Notes: generated by a model from the letters alone, not told the origin. A stretch of DNA of 64,000 bases from Utricularia gibba (GCA_002189035.1 NEEC01000021.1:744001-808000), one strand, 5' to 3'; positions 40,864 to 50,685 are shown, counted from the stretch's first letter. Numbers and translations: made by a program.

Positions 40864-41251
40864 TCAGTTCGCGGGTACGGCTCGGGGTCCGTAAGCGGCC
40901 CGGCAGCAGGAGCGGCACTGAGAAACCTGAGTTATCAAGACTTGTCGATTGTTACAGCAGGGCAGGCATCCAGCTCGCCCGCTCGCGATGCAGGAGCTGT
41001 ACGGGGATTCAGTGCATACGCCGCCCGCCTGATCAAGTCCGTACGCCGGCCCGGATTCCTCTACCCCAACCGTAGCTGCCCAATGGCATACCGCAGGCGT
41101 CATCAGACAATCGGGTTGTGAGCATGCTTTATAACGCAGGAAAGAATGAAGAAGGCGGCGAGAGGTTCTTACTGGCATCAGTGGATTGGGCGGCGATCAG
41201 GAGCGCAGCAACGAAGAAGAAGAAGAGGATCTTGGAAGAAGAAGACGCCAT
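40864..41251 (-). CDS. Secreted 8-Cys peptide, array copy CRP3, 96 aa
   Basis: Exon 1 41251-41173 encodes MASSSSKILFFFFVAALLIAAQSTDA; intron 97 nt. Exon 2 41075-40864 gives TTVGVEESGPAYGLDQAGGVCTESPYSSCIASGRAGCLPCCNNRQVLITQVSQCRSCCRAAYGPRAVPAN*. Confidence 0.85.
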
Positions 41252-41750
41252 GGCTGTTGCTGCTGCTGCTGTTGTTCTTGCTGTTCAGAGAAGATGTGCA
41301 GGGATGCATTGGACATGCCAGCTTCCTCTACTTATACACGAAACTAGCGGCGTTCTCGGAATAATCTAAAGCACGTGTTGACGCAATTTCCTGGAGCTTG
41401 CAAGTTCAGAGAAGACTTGGAGTACATGAATTGTCACACGTTTTTTTTTTTTTTTTTTTGTCTTTACTTCATTGGAAAAGTCCATAAGTTATACAAAATG
41501 GGAAAAAAAGAATAATATATTTATCAGATTTTTTTTAAAAAAAGAAGAAGAATAATGTGCTTATTGTTTTTTGAATTTGCAAGGCTAATATATTTTTTTA
41601 AGTTTAGAAAATTTATTTTCTTTTGCAACTTAATGAAAAAACTGACAACCTCGAAAAATGATTAAAGGGGTAATGTGTTGATCCGTTGGATAAAATATTC
41701 AACATTTTGCAGTCAAACCAACTAAAGTTTTATTCCAGATGACTTTTTTT

Positions 41751-42108
41751 GTGTTTGATAGGATAATATAATTAATAATATATTTGAGTTATTTATATTT
41801 AAACAAATATATATTGTGTAGTTAAGATTAAAGTTTGTTTAGTATATAGATTTTAAACATATATGTTTTAACTAATACTGTGTTTGATAGATGTGTTTAA
41901 AACAAATACTTTATAAATTGAGTTGTTTAACAAAAACCACCTAGAATTCCAGTTTTGCAAAAGCTAATTCGAAATGTTTTAAAGTAATTTTGTAAAATAT
42001 TCATGTATTGTTAAATTATTTTATCAAACATACATTGTAATCAATACATATATGTTTAAACATTTAAACCAAACTTACTAAACATTCTCTTATATTGTTA
42101 TCAAATAC
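41751..42108. mobile_element. Degenerate MITE-like element
   Basis: Imperfect terminal inverted repeats GTGTTTGATAGGATAATA and TATTGTTATCAAATAC around an AT-rich core. Confidence 0.4.
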
Positions 42109-42318
42109 CAATGAACCAAAATTGAGTGTTTCTACTTTCTAAAAATTTCGTTAACATCGATTCAATACATTTATATTTTTTAAAAAAATCTCAAAAAATT
42201 TTTATTATCAAATAAAATTAATTTGAATTTATTACAAAAATATTATACATAATAAAATTCAATATTAAATTAAATCGTTAACGGTTACTTATTATACATC
42301 ACATATCATCATTTACAT

Positions 42319-42827
42319 TAGTGTTTTAAAAACCTTGATTCGATCCATGGTTCGACCGAGTCAAATCCCAATCCATGTTTTAATGGATTGGATCCAACTC
42401 TACTTTTTACTTTTAATTTTTTAATTTTTTATTATTTACTTTATGAGAATGATTATAAATAAATATAAAATATATTATAAATATTTGATAATAAATCTTA
42501 ATAATTATATTTTTATATATGTATTTGTATTGAGAATAGAAAATAACCATTTATGTTTAAATTATACATTATTTGAATGAGATATGAAACAATAAATATG
42601 ATTTTGATAAAACTTTTTAATGTAATTGTATAATTATTGAGATACATATTTTTATTTTTTTAATATTTTGATATACTAAACTATGGTTTTATAATTATAT
42701 TCTAATGTTTTAATAAGTATAATTTAAAATTAATGAACCCGATTCAATTCATTTTAAAAAGTATTCAACTCAAAATCAATACAAAAGAACAATTGTTCAA
42801 TGGGTTCAACCCATTTTTAAAACAATT
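42319..42827. mobile_element. Possible non-autonomous hAT-like element
   Basis: TAGTGTTTTAAAAACC at the left and CCATTTTTAAAACAAT at the right, with subterminal AACCC/GGTTC-rich motifs. Target-site duplication not clear. Confidence 0.25.
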
Positions 42828-43269
42828 GTTCACATACAAAAGAATTATTGTACGGTATGCAAAGATGATTGATGGGCATTGCACAATGCTTATTACGTGT
42901 ATGTATATATGGATACTTTAAGAAAGATTCCATAACATCCAATCATTTTAGGAGATATGGAAAGCACATAAAGAACAAAAGATTTAGGGACTAAAGATAT
43001 TTAATACGTCAAAATTTGAGTACTAAATGAGGATTAAGCATATCATTTGTATTAAATATTAATTACTGATTGTGCTTATTTTAATAATAATGAAAATGAA
43101 TGCGGTTCACTGCCCATAGAAATACTTTATTTTAACTTTTAATAATAAGGAAAACGGCATTTTCCCAACATCCCACATCGGCAACTCGCCTTATTATTCC
43201 GACGCCACAGAGTTGACACAGACGCACATTTGGAGCAGGAAACAACAAGGAGCAGTTTCTCGGGTCGAA

Positions 43270-43646
43270 TCAGCTCTCGTCTTCGGGTCCGGGTCCGGGT
43301 GGGGGTCTGCATCTGCGTCGTCTGTATTTGGTGGTGCAGCATGAATGGCACCTGGGATACTGATATATTGAGACGTTTTGTCGGTCGTTACAGCAGTCCA
43401 AGCATCCAGCGCGCTCCCCCTCGCCATGCACGACCTGTACGGGTCTTCCTCGCATGCAAACATATCAAGTCCGGCCGCCGGACCGGATCCCTCTATCCCA
43501 GCCCTACCTGCGCAAGGAGTCAGATAATTCTACAGAAAGAATGAAGACGGCGAGGGCTTCTCACCGGCATCGTCGGATTGGGCGCGGAGGAGGACAGCGG
43601 CGACGGCGACGAGGAAGAAGAGGAGGGTTTGGGAAGAAGAAGCCAT
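43270..43646 (-). pseudogene. Secreted Cys-rich peptide, array copy CRP4; frameshifted as assembled
   Basis: Exon 1 43646-43565 encodes MASSSQTLLFFLVAVAAVLLRAQSDDA; 57-nt GT-AG intron. Exon 2 from 43507 reads GRAGIEGSGPAAGLDMFACEEDPYRSCMARG, then shifts frame at the 5-C run 43416-43420 into ERAGCLDCCNDRQNVSIYQYPRCHSCCTTKYRRRRCRPPPGPGPEDES*. May be intact if the run is a sequencing error. Confidence 0.7.
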
Positions 43647-45053
43647 GTCTTGGATTTGAATGGAAGCTGTTATGTGGTTTTATACAGATACAAGAGAACA
43701 CAGATAAGGCAAATGGAATGAATGTAGTACGGTGGTTTTCATTGTAGAGACGGAAGTTTCCATGTTTCTGCTAGTTTCCATCGCCAAGGCTGGTGTTGAT
43801 CTTGCTGTTCAGACAAGATTTGCAGGGATGAATTGGATTGGATATGGAAACCTTGTTATTTATACAAACTAGCGGTGTTTCGGGAATAATCTAAGGCACG
43901 TGATAAACAACTTCATGTAACTTGAAAGTTGTGACTTGTGAGCACCTTTCTCTTTTTATTTTTATTTCTTTGAATAGTCCATCAAAATCCAAAAAAATGA
44001 GGAAAAAGGAAATGCGTTCAAACATGATATTATCTTAAATATATATTTATATAACCTATTTTTATATCAAATATATTTTGAAAATAAATGAAATAAAATA
44101 TATCATTAATTAAACTAATTTATTATAGGTATCCATAGTGAAATTCAATATTTACAAATCAAATCAACTAAAATTATATTTGAAAAAATTTCTACGTCTA
44201 GAAAATGATTTTGAAATAATTTTGTTATCAAATGCTAATTAATTTTATTCCCAAAGAAACAATGAAGTGAATGAACATATATCTTTTATAAGAGGCTATA
44301 GATAATCAAATTATCATTATTTATTAAAATCAACATGATTTTGATTATGAGCATCACATGGCAAGCACTAGACGTGGGTGGTCCGATTTGGTGCATTACG
44401 AGTTGAATCCACAGAGTCACCATAATAAATTACAACTCAGATGTATATGGATTAATATGTTAGACTCATACCAGTTAACAAGTGATTCGAATCATTACAT
44501 AATTTATATATGTTGATATAAATTGAGGCTAATTTATAATTCTTGGATCCAACTATTTGATAAAAAATACACTTTTTCTTGTCGATGTACTATGAACCTG
44601 CCCCATACCCATAATGTACAATGGGTATGACTCGTATTAGCACTATTTCACAATTATGATTCAATAGAAATTCATAGTTTTTGAGTTTGATTCATTAATA
44701 AAAATTAAATTTAGATACTTATTTTTATTTTGAATTGAACTTGATTAAATTTATTACAAAAGTTGTTTAACCGCAAATTATTAGTAAACCGTAAACATGA
44801 GTTCATCTCGATTTTTAAGAGCTAGTTAGTCAATTATTGAATGATTATATATTAATTTTATATTATTTTCATGTACGGACAGTCGATCACTTAATTTTTT
44901 TGTACTGGCAGGCTGGAATGGTGAATAAGCCATGTTCTCATATCGAAAACATCCAGAGCACAGTGGTGCCAGGTATCGCCTGGCACCTTATTCGTCCATA
45001 CGCAAGACAGCAGCGGTGACAACGGAGGCCGGCAGCTGGAGCTGCCCGGCGAT

Positions 45054-45463
45054 TCAGTTCTCCGGTTCCGATGCGCGTTGGCGAGGACAGCAGACCGCAC
45101 ACTGGACCCTTAACAAGCAGCAATACCCGCAACGCGTGCCCATTGCGATGCAGTATTGGTATCGACTGCAGTAGCTTGCCCTCGCCTGGTCAAGCTTGTT
45201 CCCGGAACCCGATTCCTCTACCCCCACACTCGCTGCGGAAGCCATCAGACACGATTGAATCAATACCCAGTTCGCATTTCATACAATTTGACAGCACAAT
45301 GTGTTTAGGATAATCAACCACTGCTATAACAATGTGGTTCTAACCACACAGAAAAAGGGAAAAAGAGTAAGGGTTTCTTACAGGCATGAGTGGATTGAGC
45401 GGAGAGGAGGAGTGCAGCAACGAATACGCAGAGGAGGAGGATTTTGGAGGAAGCAGAAGCCAT
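45054..45463 (-). CDS. Secreted 8-Cys peptide, array copy CRP5 (divergent, short loops), 86 aa
   Basis: Exon 1 45463-45382 encodes MASASSKILLLCVFVAALLLSAQSTHA; 149-nt intron. Exon 2 45232-45054 gives SSVGVEESGSGNKLDQARASYCSRYQYCIAMGTRCGYCCLLRVQCAVCCPRQRASEPEN*. TATA-like CTATATATAC at about 45520-45529. Confidence 0.82.
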
Positions 45464-45603
45464 GGCTGCTGAATGTTCGCCTTCAGAGAAGATGATGGGC
45501 ATGGATGAGCTGCACTGTGTGTATATATAGAAGCAGAGATGGGCGATTTACTGAATGATTTTTTTGAATCTCAATTATACAAAAAAATATAGATTACAAT
45601 AAA

Positions 45604-46530
45604 AAATAATACTAAAATGGTGTCCTATTTTATCTAAAACAGGTGTGCATTGAAATATGGGCCCCACTCATTGACCCATGACATGTGACAATTAATATAT
45701 GCAATAATTTACATAAAGATGACGATAAATTTTAAAAAAATGATGCATAACTAAATCCATTACAATAAAACATAGATTACAATAAAAAATATTAAATCCA
45801 ATCAATTAATTGTGATCTATAATTTTTTATATTTTTGATTATACCAATTTAATTTTTGGATGTGTTATTGTGTACTTCAAGAGATTTGAACCACGTATTA
45901 ATTAATTAGTGGCGCTAATAAGTTCAGAACACCAGTAGTTATCTCTTTTCTTCTGACTTTTCTTCAATGGAAAAGTCTATCAACAGCGACAAATAATACT
46001 AAAATGGTGTCCTATTTTATCTAAAACAGGTGTGCATTGAAATATGGGCCCCACTCATTGACCCATGACATGTGACAATTAATATATGCAATAATTTACA
46101 TAAAGATGACGATAAATTTTAAAAAAATGATGCATAACTAAATCCATTACAATAAAACATAGATTACAATAAAAAATATTAAATCCAATCAATTAATTGT
46201 GATCTATAATTTTTTATATTTTTGATTATACCAATTTAATTTTTGGATGTGTTATTGTGTACTTCAAGAGATTTGAACCACGTATTAATTAATTAGTGGC
46301 GCTAATAAGTTCAGAACACCAGTAGTTATCTCTTTTCTTCTGACTTTTCTTCAATGGAAAAGTCTATCAACAGCGACAAATAATACTAAAATGGTGTCCT
46401 ATTTTATCTAAAACAGGTGTGCATTGAAATATGGGCCCCACTCATTGACCCATGACATGTGACAATTAATATATGCAATAATTTACATAAAGATGACGAT
46501 AAATTTTAAAAAATGATGCATAACTAAATC
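45604..46530. repeat. Near-perfect tandem repeat, 387-bp unit, about 2.4 copies, in the CRP5 upstream region
   Basis: AAATAATACTAAAATGGTGTCC recurs at 45604, 45991 and 46378. The units are essentially identical; I noticed only a one-A difference near 46510. Confidence 0.95.
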
Positions 46531-47469
46531 GATCAAACTCAAATTGAACTAATACTCCATCTATTCATTATATATATGTATATATATCAAACATAAATAT
46601 CTATATTCTTGTTGTACAATATTATTTTTTGGATATTTCATTTTACGGTATTATGTTTTTTCATTTTAATAAAAATATCTTATACAAAATCAATAGTATT
46701 TTCTCTATTTAAATACATCATCTGCTCGTTTGTAATCAGTATGAGTTACGACATAATACTTTTTATCTTACATTCACTCTCACTAGGTAATAATCTGTTT
46801 TATAATCTTTTTTATTAAACTAATTTCATTTATTTGGTTATTCTAACTAAATCTATGAAACATAAAATTGTAAAAGTATTTTTGTAAAATCCTATTAAAT
46901 ACATTAAATTAATAATAATTACTTATCTAAATGAAAATAATTTAAATATATTTTGGATATAAATGTGTGATCACAATGAAAAACACATGGAATATAGATG
47001 TGGCAATAATTTATTACACAATGGATATTACTAAAAATTAAAAAGTCTACAAAAATATCATTACATATACATACTCTTAACTATTGGAAATCAAATAAAT
47101 ACAAAACGATTCAAGTAATTTGAATATTCATTATCAAAATTATTGAATAAGATACAATTTATAATATACAAACGAGAGAAATTAATATATTTGATAATTA
47201 AAATTGATTCGAGTGCATAGATTTTCTATTCAATGATTTAAAGTTTATATTCGAAATTAAATATATTCATGATTTAAAATTTTAACAATTATTATTAACC
47301 AACTCAATTTCATTTATTCATTCAAAGACAGCATTTTCATTCATCCGGTATAATTGGCACGATGCGATTCGAGACTCAAATTTTCACGTGAACTTGATTT
47401 ATGAAAGACAATGAGACCTTGTTTGATATGAAAGTATAAGATGAGTTTAATAAAATTATGTTATTTGGT

Positions 47470-47997
47470 TGATGGAATACAAATTGGATATAATCAACTG
47501 ATCTCTAAAAAGCTGTCAAAAGAAATTTTGAAGGGATAATGACGTTCAATAGACTGATATTTGTCAAAAATCTAACAGATATCGCCGCATGGCACAGTTT
47601 GAAAAGTGGCTGAATTACGGTATGACAGACGACTAATATCTGAAAAACAAGATCGCATAGCAGGGGGACAAGGCAACCAATGTTTGCAGACACCAAGATT
47701 CGGTTAGGTCGTAATCTTCTATAAGTAAAAGAAACCATAACAGAGAGTTGGTTGGATTAAATAGATTTTTTCAATCTGTATTCTCTTCTTTACGACCTCC
47801 ATTTAGTGAAACTTTTTTCCGGTGAGCTCCGGCAGTTCCGTAGTTTTTTCACTTTCCGGCGGTTTCCACGTAAAAAATCTTTGTTCATTCTTATTTCAAT
47901 CGAACCAATCATGAAGAATGTGACTAAGTGTGACATTTCCAATCGCATCTATCATCTTAAATCGAACTCCCACCAGATACCGATTTCACCCATAACA
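47470..47997 (+). mobile_element. Second, diverged solo LTR of the same family as 39237-39772
   Basis: Starts TGATGG..TACAAAT and ends TTTCACCCATAACA. Shares internal blocks CACAGT.TGAAAA..CTGAATTACG and TTTTCCG..GAG.TCCG..AG.T.CGTAGTTTTT with the first copy. Flanks TTGGT/TTTGA match only 3 of 5. Confidence 0.55.
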
Positions 47998-48089
47998 TTT
48001 GATATGTAGATATAATTATATCAATTATATGAGTATAATAATGATTATACCCATAAAGTGGAATAGTTAAATAGTAAAAGAAAAATAGT

Positions 48090-48250
48090 ATGTTTGGTAG
48101 GTAGAATAAATTATAATTAGGATAATTTATTCTATGAATATGAGATAAAATAATAAAAGAAAATGAATTAAAATAAAATTATACTGTCATATATCCCTTT
48201 TTATATATCTTATATTATGTATGGTATAATTTATTCATGTATCAAACACA
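48090..48250. mobile_element. Degenerate Tourist-like MITE
   Basis: Imperfect inverted ends TATGTTTGGTAGGTAGAATAA and TTATTCATGTATCAAACACA. Confidence 0.4.
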
Positions 48251-48463
48251 TTCATATAATATATTTATATATATGTATTTGTATACTCAAGGGGAGGTAT
48301 GATTATTGTTATACCTATATACTTAGATTTATTTAAATCCAAATAATTTAAAACTATCAATATTTAAATCCACCAACTAAACAAAACATAAAAAGCTCTC
48401 TAAAGTGGTAAAAAAGAGGGAGGCAGCATGTTGGTTTATTTGAAGTAAGAGAGGAGCGGAGGG

Positions 48464-48796
48464 CTAGTTGAGGCGGCAGCATCCTTGGCAGGTTCTGGCG
48501 TCTTAAGGCGGGGAGATGGAGCCGCAGCAGGCGACGAACCGGAGGTAGCTGTTGCCGCTCCTGCACCTGCTCCTGAACCCACGGCAGTCGCCGGACTGCG
48601 CCGGCTGGTAGTGGCTGCCATCGGATGATGAGCCCCCGGCGGCTTCTGCTGCTGAAACAAAACCAGAGAGAAATGCTTTGCATCTGTTCATCAAAGTGGT
48701 AGAACCAGAAAGAGGGGTCTTACCGGAAATGACGAGCAGGAAGAAGAAGAAGAAGAAGAAGAAGAAAGCCATCAGTGTTCTTGAAGAAGAAGCCAT
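48464..48796 (-). pseudogene. Most divergent array member CRP6, with an in-frame premature stop
   Basis: Exon 1 48796-48724 encodes MASSSRTLMAFFFFFFFFFLLVIS; 72-nt phase-1 intron. Exon 2 reads AAEAAGGSSSDGSHYQPAQSGDCRGFRSRCRSGNSYLRFVACCGSISPP*DARTCQGCCRLN*. The second CxxCC lies in frame beyond TAA (48503-48505). Confidence 0.7.
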
Positions 48797-49788
48797 ATCG
48801 AATGTGAGTAAATTGGGAGATGCTTCTTCTTCTGTTTATAGATAGGTGGCAGTCACACACATGTGTTATAATACACAATTATACATTGAAAAATAAAGTT
48901 AATATAATTAAGTATATAAGAAATTATAAATTATAATTAATCGATTGTACCTAATTTTTTCTATTTTGATTCATATTTTTTATATATTTAACTGTTTATC
49001 ATATCATGACATTCTGAATTTCAACAACACACCTGTTTTGACCTTTCCAGTTGAGAGAAAGTTGCACGTGTTATGTCCGTACATTTTCTAATTATGGAAA
49101 CCAGATATTCTACCATTGCACAACACATATATTTGCTCATTTTCGAAAAATTAAAATTTTATGGATTCCGAATTTTCATTCTTTTCTAATAAATTCTCCT
49201 TCAATACTAATATTCTATCTAATTTTCAATTCTTCAACCCACTTTTTTCTCAAATTCATTCATTTCTTTTTCTCATAATATGTCATTTTTTTATGAAAGT
49301 TCGATTGTATGATAAATATTTAATACCAGAAAATGACTTTATTTTAGACTTCAACGACGACGCAAAATGGCCAGAACAATCATGATTTAGGACTTCCATT
49401 TTGATGTGAAGGTCATTTTTGGTTTTCATATTATGCAAGTACAATGGCACGAATTTTTATCTAAGAATATAATAGAATTTATATTTTATTAATTTTGTAA
49501 ATCTAAACTTTTATTGAATTTTTTTATAAGAACCACCCTTTTTTATATATACAAAATAATAATAATACAATTTACTTTATTATTTAATTTTCATAAAAAT
49601 AAATCATCTTTACCAAATTTGTGCTTCAGCCTTTTTAAGGAAACGATCTTGACTTACCATTTTTGGATTGCTGGAATTAATTTTGGATATTAAAAACAAT
49701 TTACTGCACTATGGAAACCATATATTTTTCCATAAATTTTCCCTGCTATATCTCATCCCCATCCACGCTTCCGTACGGACGGCGATCG

Positions 49789-50323
49789 ATGATGGGCCAC
49801 GCGGTTGCTGTAAGAACACCCGTCTTCTTCTTCTTCTTCGTCTTCTTTAATTTTTTTCTGAAACAGAAAAGGTGAAATCTTTTCGGCGCAGAGCTGCGTT
49901 CTGGAGGTGAACATCCATTGCCAGGGTTGCAAGATGAAGATTCTGGAAGTTCTCAGCTCCATCAGCGGCGTCTACGACGTGGATATCAATTCGGAAGAGG
50001 GCCTGGTCCGGATCGACGGCATGGTCCGACCGGAGATGATGGTAGCCGCCTTGGCCCGGACCGGGTACCACGCCCAACTCAAATGGCTCAACCTCCGCCA
50101 CCCCAACCTCAGCCGGAGAAGCCACTACGGCTACGATCCGTATCCCGGTACGCGATATCGGAGAGACGGCGGTGCGACGGCCGATGCGAACTATTACGAC
50201 GGCGTGGGTACCTACTATCCGGAGGGCTCCTATTTTCGGACACGGCACGTGCCGTCGTGTCCGCCGAGAGACCCTGATCCGTACGATGATGAGTATGCTG
50301 TGGATTTATGCACCATTATGTAA
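49789..50323 (+). CDS. Heavy-metal-associated isoprenylated plant protein (HIPP)
   Basis: Exon 1 49789-49809 (MMGHAVA), intron 49810-49891, then SCVLEVNIHCQGCKMKILEVLSSISGVYDVDI (HMA domain, CxxC), a Tyr/Gly-rich linker and the CaaX end CTIM*. Confidence 0.85.
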
Positions 50324-50501
50324 AAGAATAATAGAAAAATTGCACTGATATTTATTAATTTTTAACTAAATAACATAATTAATCCTCATAAACAACTCCA
50401 ATATTTTAAAATTATTTATAATTGATCTCCACTATTTGAAAATTGCAAAAACGTGTCTATCAATTATATTATTTAAGTAAACGATAGAGATTTTTAAAAT
50501 C

Positions 50502-50685
50502 TGTTTGGTGAAATTCCAAAAAATAATTCTAAAAATATGATTTTTTATATTTAGGAATCACTTCAATTTCTCAAAAAATTTAAATACTTCATTGTTTCAA
50601 TTTCATATTGAATAGAATCAACATGTGTTTTATTCGAAAATCAATTCTAAAAATACTTTTATTAAAATAGAAATTGCACCAAACA
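50502..50685. mobile_element. MITE-like element
   Basis: Inverted ends TGTTTGGTGAAATT and AATTGCACCAAACA match at 13 of 14 positions. Confidence 0.55.

Noticed and set aside
36163-41172. ORF-track starts for CRP1-3 (MPVRS.., MLVRT..) and a 46-55 nt intron model adding CxxxxC..HC residues
   Set aside because: These residues are intron sequence. The nearer AG is absent in CRP2/3, or would need a 46-nt intron. The downstream GCAG acceptor with a branch-like CTGAT is conserved in CRP1, 2, 3 and 5 and gives an even 8 Cys in each.
35856-43747. Plus-strand ORFs (77-179 aa) repeated across the CRP units
   Set aside because: They are antisense shadows of the GC-rich CRP exons and (GAA)n tracts, with no independent gene signals.
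35954-45463. Cyclotide or AEP-cyclised peptide precursors, suggested by the terminal Asn
   Set aside because: The Asn is the last residue, with no downstream tail for transpeptidation, and the Cys spacing is not the 6-Cys cyclic cystine knot.
45604-46530. CRISPR-like or satellite array
   Set aside because: This is plant nuclear DNA, there are no unique spacers, and only about 2.4 units of duplicated promoter sequence are present.
39237-47997. One 8.7-kb LTR retrotransposon that captured CRP3-5
   Set aside because: The two LTR-like copies are strongly diverged, the first has its own 5-bp target-site duplication, and no PBS, PPT or gag-pol was seen between them.
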